The translations under genes and the position numbers were made by a program. Positions 52,143-64,000 of a stretch of DNA of 64,000 nucleotides are shown in pieces. Source of the DNA: Octopus bimaculoides. Its lineage: Eukaryota. The notes under the pieces are model-generated. The model was not told where the DNA came from. It searched no databases and was given only the letters and a program-made list of their open reading frames with translations. Each line of letters begins with the position of its first letter. The first letter of the stretch is position 1. Location of the stretch: contig NC_068997.1 of assembly GCF_001194135.2 (NCBI RefSeq), positions 27,557,495-27,621,494 on the forward strand, read 5' to 3'.

Positions 52143-52640
52143 TTTCTAACACAAATTTGGGAGAGAGGTTTATAAAATCAGCCTCAATACTTGACTGACA
52201 ATTTTATCAACCTCAGGGGGACAAAGGCAAAGTTGACCGTAGCAGGATTTGAACTCAGATTGTAAAGAGTTGGAACAACTACTGTATAGTTCAATGTTCA
52301 AATAATTCTGATTAATTCTAAGAAGGACAACAGTTTTAAGGGGAGGGAATAAGTTGATTACACTGACCCCAATACTCAAGTGGTATTTCATTTTAACTCT
52401 AAGAAGACAGAAGGCAAAATTTATCTTCACAGGATTTGAACTCAGAACATAAAAGAGCAGAAATGCCACTAGGTATTCTGTTCGACATCAACTCTAGTAC
52501 TTGATTGGTACTTTAATTTATGAATCTCAAAAGGATGAATGGCAAAGTTGACCTTGGAAGGATTTGAACATAGAACATAAAGAGTCTGGAGAAATACCAC
52601 AAGGCATTTTGTCCAATGTTCTAGTGATTCTGCAAATCCA
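52143..52640 (-). mobile_element. Three tandem degenerate family A SINEs
   Basis: Repeated aaggcaaagttgacc...ggatttgaactcaga cores. Confidence 0.7.
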
Positions 52641-53199
52641 GCACTCAAATATTTTATTTTCCATGCCAGCATGAGTAAGTGTTTTTGATTGGAGGTATGA
52701 CTTTCCTATTATAAAATAGTGTTGAGGTGGAAATAGTTTGTCAGAGGAAATATCTAGTTATATTTTTCATCTAAGGTTTTGTTGTTCAATACTGTAATCT
52801 CCAGGACATTGTATGCTGACAGCAAGCTGTCTTCTGATAAACCAGCACAAAGCTAGAATGAAGTAATAGGTGGATAAAGTTACCAGGCTAGTGTTTGACT
52901 GGTATTTACCTCATAAAATCTAGACAATGAAGAGCAATAAAGAGGTTAGCAAGATTTGAGTTGAGGAAATAGAGAGAAAAACCCAGATACTGTAAGGGAA
53001 ATGTGAAGACTGGAGAGTTTCTGCAACAATAATCCCACTAATTATAAACAACTTTGATACTGTTATTAACAGACTCAATAGTCTCCTTAATGAAATTGAA
53101 GTAATTAGAGAACTGCATGAATACAGAAACTTGTTCTATTAGGAACAGTAAAATTGTTCAAAAGATCCTCAGTATCCAAGGAAATCAGTTGTAACCTGT

Positions 53200-53612
53200 C
53201 TACTATAGACACAAGGCCTGAAATTTTTGAGGGAACCAAGTCAATTACATCAATCCCAGAGCTCAACTGGTGTTTATTGTAGTGATCCCAAAAGAATGAA
53301 TGGCAAAGTCAACCTCAGTACATGAAGATGGACAAAATGCCACTAAGCATGTTGTCCAGTGGGCTAATGGTTCTGTCAACTTGCTGCCTTAATAATTATA
53401 ATCCTTTCTACTATAGGCACAAGGCCTGAAATTTTGGGGGATGGGGCAAATAGATTAGATCAAGCCCAGTGCTCAACTGGTATTTATTTCATCAAGCCTG
53501 AAAGGATTAAAGATAAAGTTGATCATGGCAGAATTTGAACTCAGAACATAAAGACGGATGAAATGCCACTAATCATGTCGTTCTGTGTGCTAATGATTCT
53601 ACCAGGTTGCTG
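53200..53612 (-). mobile_element. Two tandem family A SINEs
   Basis: Each starts with ctactataggcacaaggcctgaaattt and contains the family A core. Confidence 0.8.
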
Positions 53613-55715
53613 TGGCCAGACATTTAATGAGACAGTATAGGCTTCCGAATGAAAGATAAAGATGTCCTTCGTGATTAAAACCCTGAACAAAGACTGTTAC
53701 TAAATAGGGCAAGGCATTTTATCCACCAAAATTATCACTAAGCTATGTTGGACAATGATTATTTATGAAGCTATAGTTTATATAAAAGCTTCCTTTTTGT
53801 ATAGGCACCATGTTTAGCAATGAAATGGTTGATGAAGAAGTGTTATTGAAAATTTATAAGACATGCAATTGAAAACTCAAAGAATGTTCTAACAGTATTG
53901 TTTTTTTTTTCTTTCAGTTTCAATTTATTTATTTATTTAAGAGTTTAGAATGCAAAACACACACACAGACTCACCTAGAGCAAAGTTAAGGAAAAGAATA
54001 TGACAAAAAGAAATGGGAAGAAGATAACTTACCTGAAGTCACTTCTTACCAAGGTTTAAAAAATAAATAAATAAAAAAAAACAACAATTTAATATTCTTT
54101 GAAACCTTCGGCCCTCTCTTTACCTACCAATGATGATGGCTAAATTCTACCAAACAGATAATTGCAGGTGTTAATTTAGTTAACTGTAGCCTAGGCAATA
54201 GATTTAGTAAGATGATGTTCTAGTAAAGTGAAAAGTATGATGATGGAATTAGTTTGTGAGAATAATCTTTCTTTGTGGCAAATGAAGATCAAACTCCATG
54301 ATAAATTAAAATACTTTCCATCTAAGCAGTCTTGAATTCCTGTTATACATTATCAGAAAGGTCAACTATATACACAAAGTATGTGTGCATGTATGTGTAT
54401 GTACACACACACATTCATCTGGTGTTACTAAATTTTCAAGCTACATACCAAATCAGACTATCATTCCACTGCAACAAAAATTAGATTATGAGAATTCACT
54501 AATATCTACAAAAGCTCACCAACACTATATTCTTGATGAAAAGAAAGAAGGGGTCATTGATAGAACCATCAAGTGGTTGTCTGTAACAACAAATGACCAA
54601 GACGATATATTCCATTAAATGTTACAGCAACACTTATCAAGGTGAACATGGGAAAACAGATCTATGAAACATTTCAGCATCAGTGCATATTTCATGAACG
54701 GACCTTTAATATTGATGTGTTTTGCTACAGTAATAAAAGTGGTTACATATTTTAGTAGGGGAGAGAAACCAATAAGTTGTCACACTCATGCTTTTCACAA
54801 CAGCATCAATGAGGAATTGACTTCGGGTAAAACTAACCACATCAATTAGTTGCCAGGAAGGTTAGATTTGTTAAACGGATACTTTTCAGAATTTTGATGA
54901 CTTCAAGCCTATTTCATAAACAATTGTAGGCTGTGAAATAGGATAACCAAGAATTTACTGTTACATCATATCACTTATCACAGCGAATGATTTCTTTCTG
55001 AAGCACAATGTCTTTTTTGTCAGTGAGCTGTTCAGTGTGGAGAAAGATTTTCATAAAATTTAATATGGTTTCCATAACCTTTTGCATTTACCCAACACAT
55101 ACACACACAGTATACCAACTTGCTTATTTATGATAATATATACAGTTCTCCATAAACCATATGTCTTTCAATAGTTATTAAACTTATTCAACAGAAATGC
55201 AAGAATGTATGGTAGTAGAGATATACATTATCTGGCCACATATATTTAATTATATGACACAAATAACTTCTTTGGATAAATTATAATACATGTACAAATG
55301 AGAGAAAACAGGTTTATACATGTACAGGATGTTAATAGATGTCGAGAGAGAGAAATGGTGTTTGTTAATGTATGTATAGAGAGGTGGTAGTGTGTTTGTG
55401 TATATATATATATATATATATGATAGTGGTGAACAGTGAGAATGAGTACTCAACACTGTATTGGTGGATAAATACTTTGTGGATTTTCTTCACTACCTTA
55501 GGTCTCTCATGCTTTATAATAAGCAATTCTCAAATTCTCTACAAAAAAATTGTTGATAACACTAAAAATTGGTAATGAAATCGAAAATGGAGACAATGAT
55601 AGAAAATGTTTTTTGACATGGAGCATTTAAAAATAGCAAATCATAATGTATGAAACCTAAGGTACAGAAAATCCACAAATAAAGGAGGAAAAAAAAATAC
55701 ACACACACACAGATG

Positions 55716-55755
<40 letters not shown>

Positions 55756-55846
55756 NNNNNNNNNNNNNNNNNNNNNNNNNNNNNNNNNNNNNNNNNNNNN
55801 NNNNNNNNNNNNNNNNNNNNNNNNNNNNNNNNNNNNNNNNNNNNNN

Positions 55847-55885
<39 letters not shown>

Positions 55886-55941
55886 TCATACAAAGAAATG
55901 ATGTTTCTTAGTATGATAAGAGAGATGATAATTTGTGTAAG

Positions 55942-55972
<31 letters not shown>

Positions 55973-57376
55973 AAATGTCCAAGACAAATGCCTGTTTCTG
56001 AGTAAGTTATAAAGTTGATGAAAAGGAAATGAAGTTTCTAATAAACACAACATACTAACTCATAAACCAATTAACACACAACACTATTATGATATTACTT
56101 TAGGCTGAAGCAATTTGACAATATTTAGATGAAGGCCAGCCTTCTTCCAAATCATTAAATAACCTCTAAAAGCAGTAATCATCTAGTAGCTACACAGTCC
56201 CCCATCCATCAATCTGTCTCAAATGTTAAACAAGATATCAAGTTGGTGCAGTTTTTGCCTATGATTTTAAGTCGATATTGCTCATATTCCAGCATTTGTT
56301 CAGTCCAACAAGGACAAAACATTAACAGCAACGAAGAGACAAATAACAATTGTCAATATAAATAAAGGTTATTATTATTATTATGTTATAATCATTGGAT
56401 TACTGCAATGTTTACTACAGACACGATATCAAGAAAAGGTTTAGATGAAGGAAAAGAAATAGCAACAAGCAAATAAACATAACACAGAATATATACTTTG
56501 GGTGGACAAATGAAATGAAAGAGGACAGACAGGAGATCCACACGCATAGAGGGAACAAAAGATGCAGCAAAACCCTTTAGCAGAAAGTATTGCATTAAAA
56601 AGTAAACCTATGAGGATAAGTAAACTGTATAACATTAAGCAGAAATACAATGTTACAAAAGGCTACAGAAAGTATAAGGAAGTTCAAGGCAACAACCAAA
56701 AACCCATATGTAAATAATATATGCAGCAGAAAGAAAAAAAAAAATAAAGCATTGGAGTAAAATGTTCATGAGCATTGCAAAGGTGACAATGAAACTCCTA
56801 AACAGGAAACACAAGTCAGTTGGTGAGTGAATGGTTAGCAGCAGCAGCCTTAGAGGAAAAGGATCTGAGATTTGAGAGAAAACCATTTCAAAGGTACACA
56901 TGCACAATTGTAAAACCCAATGTTCTGATCAAAGCACATGTTGGTGATTCTTCATTCTAGCTTTGCTTTTTATTCAACACGCACAGAGGAGGAGAAGGCA
57001 CTCACAGACATAACGGCAAAGAATTACAAATACATATCAATATGGAACTCTGCACATCGATTCATCACGCAATATATATTTGAAACAAAAAAAAAAAATA
57101 AAAAAGATTTTTTTTTTTATCAAAAAACAATATTTTAGCTAGACAATATACACATACTAATTTAAACATGAAAATATGACATTGATGAAACAAAAAGATT
57201 TTATAATAAAAAAAATTAAAATAAATAAAAATGCTAAATGGATTTCAGTTTGTTGCCAAATAAAGTTGTTTTAAATACCTGTTAGCCCTACATAATTATA
57301 AGTAGCCTATTAATGAAAAGTTAAATTTTAAAAAGAACTAATTGCTTTTAGTAAAAATCATTAAAAGTATACAAGC

Positions 57377-57426
<50 letters not shown>

Positions 57427-58333
57427 CTTGGCTATACTAATATTTTTAAATGACATTAAATGCTAGTGATGTGATGTTTTTTTATGTACAAACCTTTACA
57501 TGGAAAGATTTAAAGAAAAAAAAAAGTAGTGTAGATGCTACAAGAAAGACAATGTTAAAAGTAAATTAGAAAGTGTACTAAAAGCAGCCTACCATAGAAC
57601 GAGTGCCACAGTAGAGTAGAATTTGTTCGCAAGAAGAGAGAAGATATTAAAGTAACACGTATTAACATGTTTGTCTTTTTAATCCCTTTAATGGATTAAA
57701 TGTAAGTTATTTATCAACAACTATATTGAAATCAAATTAAAAAAAAAAAAAAAGCTATGAAAGAAATGCAACAAAAATGCTCAAACTGCAATTAGTTTGA
57801 ACATTTTTTAGAATTAATAAAACTTCTAGAATTGAGATTAAAAAAAAAATAAGTATAGAACATTAGATTAGATAAATATAAAATTAAAATATGAAAATTT
57901 CTATTTAAATTTCAAATGAGAGTTGCTAAAATACAAAGTACAGGTAGTTGGTTTTTGACACAAATATATTACAAACCTCATTATATATTTTCAGTCAAGT
58001 AAAAAATGATGATGAATTACTAACTACCAATGAAACAGTTAAATTGTCAGTGAATGATCTCAGTAGTAGTAGTGTCTTTGTTTAATATTGTTCAAGTGAA
58101 CAAATACTATATAAAGTGACATAAGGCAGAGCTGGTATTGTTACTAGCCACACTACTATCAATGTTGACAAGACATGCATTTAGCAGAAACACCAACACA
58201 TCATTTAGCTTATTAGCAGTGTGCAGAGGAAGAGATGAAGAGAATGTGATACTACACTTCAAGTACAATAGTACAAAATGAACCTGACAAGAGATTAATG
58301 CATTCATGATCTATACGATATATATATCTGTAG

Positions 58334-58415
<82 letters not shown>

Positions 58416-59215
58416 TCATTAACAGAAAGATGCATCAAAATGTATAAACAGCCATAATAGATATTTAACTAGAATACATTTTATAATCATCCTGATTCCA
58501 AGAAGTGAACTAAACTAGATTACATAACTAAACAATACAACTAGAAACATCAAGGCAGGCTCTGATGATACGATGGTATAGAATTACTTAAATATTTACA
58601 ATGAACCTACTTTCAAATAATATTCTAAGAAATATAGATTATAATTAAAGCCTATCTCTCTGTTTCTTTGTAATCATTCATCTGATTTGATCACAATCTA
58701 GATTTGCTTTCTATAATTACCTAATAACTAATTCTGAAATTATCCATAAGCCTATTAACAGGTTAATTATACTTACCTTGGGCTATTAAACTGACAAACA
58801 ATATAAATGAAAATGTTAAATGATGTTTTCAACTAAGCTATCCTATTGATTACCCTCACTGTAAGTTAAAATCATAGCAAATTTTATTTACAAGGATTAT
58901 TATTATTACTATCATCATCATCATGTGGCATGAATTTGCTGAAAACTATGTAAAAACAGGTCCCAAACAGCCTCTGCAAATACTGCATTTCTATGGAATA
59001 TAAAGGCATGTCTCATAAGAAGCTTGAGAAAATATTTACTCTTTAAAATCTTTTCTGAATCAATAATAGCCATGGTTAAAAGATGACACCCAATAATCTC
59101 ATGAATGCGTTAATATGCAAATAAAACAGAGCAGAGGAGACAATAGAGGGGAAAAAAAATAAAACATATATTTACTTACCAACATATAGTGTACATATGT
59201 GTGTGTATGTGCTTG

Positions 59216-59276
<61 letters not shown>

Positions 59277-59345
59277 TTGACATTTTACCATGCTAAGTAT
59301 ATACAAATAGGATAGGATTACAGTTAGAAAGAATAAAAGTTACGA

Positions 59346-59376
<31 letters not shown>

Positions 59377-59761
59377 TATATTACTAGTAACTAGTAATAT
59401 TAGTGCCAATCGAAAGCCTGAACAGTGCATATATAGATATTGGTAGAAGTACAGACAGCTTATATACATTCTCTAGATTTAATAGGTAATGCACATATTT
59501 TCTTCATTTAATAAAAACAATTTATAATACTAATATGTCTCCATGTAACAGGTTGTACAAATTGTGTATGTGTGTTTGTGTGAATTAGTCTCGTAAACAG
59601 TCAAATTAAGTGAGCAATTCTACTAAAAAGAAAATAAAAATACCGGGAAATTGAAGGGTTGAAAAACAATTAGGTAAGTGATAAACACAACATAACTATA
59701 TTTGTGCCCTTTAATGTTGATGTAGTCAGAAGGTTTAATATTAATAATTTGGGTTTATATA

Positions 59762-59818
<57 letters not shown>

Positions 59819-60157
59819 TTTGGAAAGTTCAAGGAATCAGGAGCTATTAAGATGTACAGAACAGAATATTCCTAAGGGTAGAATTCAAGTACATTCTTCT
59901 AACAGAGGAGAAATACCAACAAAAGTTAATAATATATATAGAATTTTATGTTCATGTTTCCTACTGGAGTGAGTTGCATGGATTGTCACAGTTTGAGTCA
60001 CAACAAATTAGGTGATACCACTACTAAAGAGTACACACTTGTATGAGATATTTGGTTTGGTTTCTACAGCTGGAAGTTCTTCCTATGGCCAATATGTATA
60101 CACACACATATATATATATATCCACTTATACATAGAATAGTAATCTCTCTCTCTCTA

Positions 60158-60190
<33 letters not shown>

Positions 60191-60200
60191 NNNNNNNNNN

Positions 60201-60229
<29 letters not shown>

Positions 60230-60234
<5 letters not shown>

Positions 60235-60400
60235 CCATAGCCATGAGATTAAGAAGCTTACTTTCCAAATATATGAACTGGGGTTCGATCCCATAAAGTA
60301 GCATCTTGGGCAAGTACTTTCTACTATAGCCCCAAACTGAGCAAAGCTCTGTGACTGGATTTGTTAGACAGAGACTGAAAACCCATTATGCACATATGTG
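60230..60400 (+). mobile_element. SINE family B remnant
   Basis: ggggttcgatccc B-box, cttgggcaagtactttctactatagc and tgtgactggatttgttagacagagactgaaa. Confidence 0.65.
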
Positions 60401-60646
60401 TACTCATCTAGACATCACAGTTGTAAATGAGTGTCACTGTCATCCAAGCGAGGTTATTTGTTTCTAGTCTGAAAAACATGACTGACCATGAGAAATATTT
60501 ACCTTGCTTGGAAATGGGTGAGGGCTGGTGACAGGAAGGGTATCCAGCAAATCTGCTTCCACAAATTTGCTTGACCCATGCAAGTATGATAACATGGGTG
60601 TATATACATAAATGACCAACACATACATGTCCACAAATACATACGC

Positions 60647-60703
<57 letters not shown>

Positions 60704-61451
60704 TATATATGCATACACATACATACACATATTATGGTCATGAAAGGGAACAAAATCAGAGCATTTTCAATGCAGCACTTAATCCAAGCCCAAGGTTATT
60801 TATTCTCTAGAACTTGAGTTTCACAGAAGATCAAAATTCTGCTGGGGTAAAAATCCAAGTATCACATCAGTAAATCCAATGTGTGGGCTTCGCAAACAGT
60901 AAAATATAATCCAAATAAGATGACAAAGAAAAACTTCAGCACATCTTTAATTACCAGTTACAACTGTTTCGAATGCCATTGCATGCTAAAGTTCCACGTG
61001 GAAAGTTATGTAATATTTGCAGTTTTAAACATTAGCATGGCACTTCATCAAACTAGCCTTAAAATGGATGTTCTTACATTGTTTGTCTGCTAAGCATTGT
61101 ATGTTGCTTATATTGGGAGGAAACAATAATTAAAAAAGAATAAAATGGTAGAATAATGGATAAGACCTAGACAATAATAATACCACATCAGATAGAACAG
61201 GTAGAGGAAGAAGAATAGGTGGAAAGAGGTAAAGCAGGAAACGAAAAAAAAAAAAAAAGATCTGAAGGGTGCAGTAGGCCAATAAGAAAACCACTCCATT
61301 GCTGGCAACAAAACAGACAATGATCAAGTGAAAATAAAAATAAAGAGAAATGAATTATGAAAAGGACAATGAGAAAGTGATATGATAGAGTATTCCTAAT
61401 AAAATGCAAATACATAAATAATATATAATAATGACAATAATAACAATAATC

Positions 61452-61660
61452 CTTTGATCTATAGGCACAAGGCTTGAAATTTTGAGGGAGGGGGGTTAGT
61501 CAATTACATTCACCCTGGCACGCAACTAGTATTTTTTTAATCAACCCTTAGAGGATGAAAGGCAAAGTTAACCTTGGCAGCATTTGAACTCAGAATGTTA
61601 AAGACAGACAAAATGCTGCTAAGCATTTTGCCCAGTATGCTAATGGTTCTGCCACTTTGC
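61452..61660 (-). mobile_element. SINE family A
   Basis: ctataggcacaaggcttgaaattttg...aggatgaaaggcaaagttaaccttggcagcatttgaactcagaatg. Confidence 0.85.
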
Positions 61661-62016
61661 TGTCTTTATTATAATAAGAATAACAACTGATAGGCAGAAC
61701 ACAAACAGTGTTCTACCTATCGTTACTGTTGTTGCTATTATTATTATTATTATTATTATTACCATTGTTTACAAAATGTCCAAAATGAATTTAATGCAGG
61801 CATGTCAATGATTCAAGTCCAGCACTGAAGCATTCACTGTAGCTGGGGCTGATTCATAAATACTATAAGTTTATTGATAAAATGAGTACACATTTTTATT
61901 AAAATATATTTTGTCTTTGCAAGATCAGAGTTTTATTAAATTGCCAAATATGTCTTCAAGTACCTTTCACACAGCTATATATACACTCATGTACGTATAG
62001 ATATGTATGCATAAAT

Positions 62017-62049
<33 letters not shown>

Positions 62050-62050
<1 letters not shown>

Positions 62051-62145
62051 CATCATCATCATCGTTTAACGTCCGCTTTCCATGCTAGCATGGGTTGGAC
62101 GATTTGACTGAGGACTGGTGAAACCGGATGTCAACACCAGGCTCC
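62050..62145 (-). mobile_element. 3' end of a retroposon with (ATG)n tail
   Basis: catcatcatcatcgtttaacgtccgctttccatgctagcatgggttggacg, a simple-repeat tail next to a GC-richer conserved-looking end. Confidence 0.5.
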
Positions 62146-62942
62146 TTTCCATGGATATCCATACATGCATATTTATATGTCCTCCACAAGCTACTCATCA
62201 TTTCCCCACCAACCACCCAAGTCAGTGTATGAGCTCTGTATAGTGGTTTGATCCAAGATGAATATTTCTGAAATTGTTTCACCAAGACAATGGCATTAAT
62301 AATACTTTTCAGCAGTACTCTCCCTGACACACAACTGCATGTCATCTACGATAATTCTTTTAAGCTTTTTCTGTAACTTAACTTTCTCCTTTGTAGAAGG
62401 AGGCTAGCATAGCATTCATTTGGCACAATATTTCTGTGTACCACCAAACTGACTATACAGGTGGCTTCTTTAACTTCACATTTTAAACACCTTAACAAGA
62501 ACAGTATGGAATGATAGTGGCACACTTGCTCTTACTGATATTGAAATTATTAACAATCATATATTTAAAAAAAACCAAGAGTCAGGTTGAAAAGCCAGAA
62601 TTTGTCCCAGACTGGCAAACTGCATATATGTGCGTGCATGTATATATGGGTAATTGACACAGACAAAAAGATTGAGTGACAAAGAGCAGCTTGAGGGATA
62701 CAATAAATAGTAATATACTACACATACACACTTGTTAGCAAACGTGTGTGCATATATGTATCATTGTCATTGTCTTTCATTCACTTTCTATGCTGGTCAG
62801 TGCAGTATCGGTCATTATTGCCCTCCTAGATGGTAGCACTATGACATCTTAGGGAGCCTGATTTAAGCAACCTAACAAGCAATAACCAATATAAATCACC
62901 TTTCCACAGCTAGATACATTTTCCAGGTACATTATGACACAA

Positions 62943-62986
<44 letters not shown>

Positions 62987-64000
62987 GAGTCAGTCAAGCA
63001 AATCTGGATCATATAAAGTTTGTGTAAGTGTGTTTAAATATATGATGAGGGAAAGAGAAAGGAGCATGACACTCATTTCCATTCTCTTGCTACTGCCACT
63101 ATTTGGAATTTGATCACTACCAATTACATTACACAAAATATAAAAATTCACACGAAATATCATTACAAGGGGTAATATACATGTATAACAGTTTTATGTG
63201 CATATGCATTCAATTATCTCTCAATTGGCATATGTTCTTTGAATCCACTTCAAATTCAGTTATAAAAGGTAAAAGTTGTACGGTTCATAATTTCCGTTAT
63301 AAATGTAGGAAAAGAAGAAAAACCAATCAGGATTCAATATCTATTTAAAATAAGAAATTAATAATATTTTGGTTTCAGATCAGCAGTCCAATAAATCAGT
63401 CTTTCTAGAACTGTCCAATTTGATTTCAGAATTACTTTTATTTTCATGCCATTTTACTCAAACATTCCAATAAAATAATTGAAAAACCCATATTTGGAAA
63501 CCCATCTCTTTTGCTTTACAATCAATTCATAGCTGATGAGAACTGATCAATAAAAAATCAGATATGTCAGCTCAACTCTTTTTGTACCAACCTGCTTGAC
63601 ACTATCCTAGGTTCTATAATACAACATTTCTCGAAATTTAAACCTTCCATCAAAATTTCATGTTAATTTATTCCAAACACCATCTTAATAATGATAAAGT
63701 TATTTTACTAAATTATCCATCATTTTGATAATGAATTGAAACAAAGATAATGGGTCTCAAAAGAAATATGGTAACAAAAAAGATTAAGGTAATTTCAAAG
63801 TCACATCATTATTAAATATGGTTTAATAGATATAAAACCAACTGCAGTTAATAATCTGTGAAGACTATAATAAATGAATTGAGATGGATATGTCAATCCT
63901 TTCTGCTTCTATATAATGATTGTGTGTATCAAGTTTTAAATGCAGACTCTTCTAAATATATAGTGTAGATAATCAAATGCATACAGAAACATCAATGTTG

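Noticed and set aside
54031-54050. Two donor-like GTAAG sites 17 nt apart on the minus strand
   Set aside because: No plausible acceptor or ORF upstream, and within chance expectation.
1623-55959. Many long ORFs in the track made mostly of X or of dipeptide repeats (CV, YI, HT, RE, LS)
   Set aside because: They span N gaps or translate microsatellites and are artefacts.

Overview
AT-rich, microsatellite-dense animal genomic scaffold with many N gaps. The SINE families present suggest an octopus-like cephalopod (inference). Two minus-strand protein-coding genes can be supported. (1) A secreted GH18 chitinase with four phase-consistent coding exons (9664-9583, 8625-8446, 6796-6540, 3871-3747) and an intact DxxDxDxE motif; its 3' exons are missing, either in gaps or left of the window. 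(2) The 3' part of a GPATCH8/ZNF804-family gene (exons 39694-38262 and 37030-32979, the latter interrupted by a gap); its G-patch and zinc-finger exons were not found in the window. The rest is repeat-derived: several tRNA-type SINE families, Tc1/mariner remnants, a Chapaev-like transposase remnant inside a chitinase intron, a Penelope-like RT fragment, and a short two-LTR element with a tRNA-Trp PBS, PPT and target-site duplication. The most notable observations are a minimal hammerhead-ribozyme fold at 288-329, a ~190-bp inverted repeat, a 14-bp constant/variable array beside an unclassified decayed ORF, a duplicated PBS in the LTR element, and an extra 1.4-kb low-complexity exon in the GPATCH8-like gene. 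No clearly novel multi-gene system is demonstrated.
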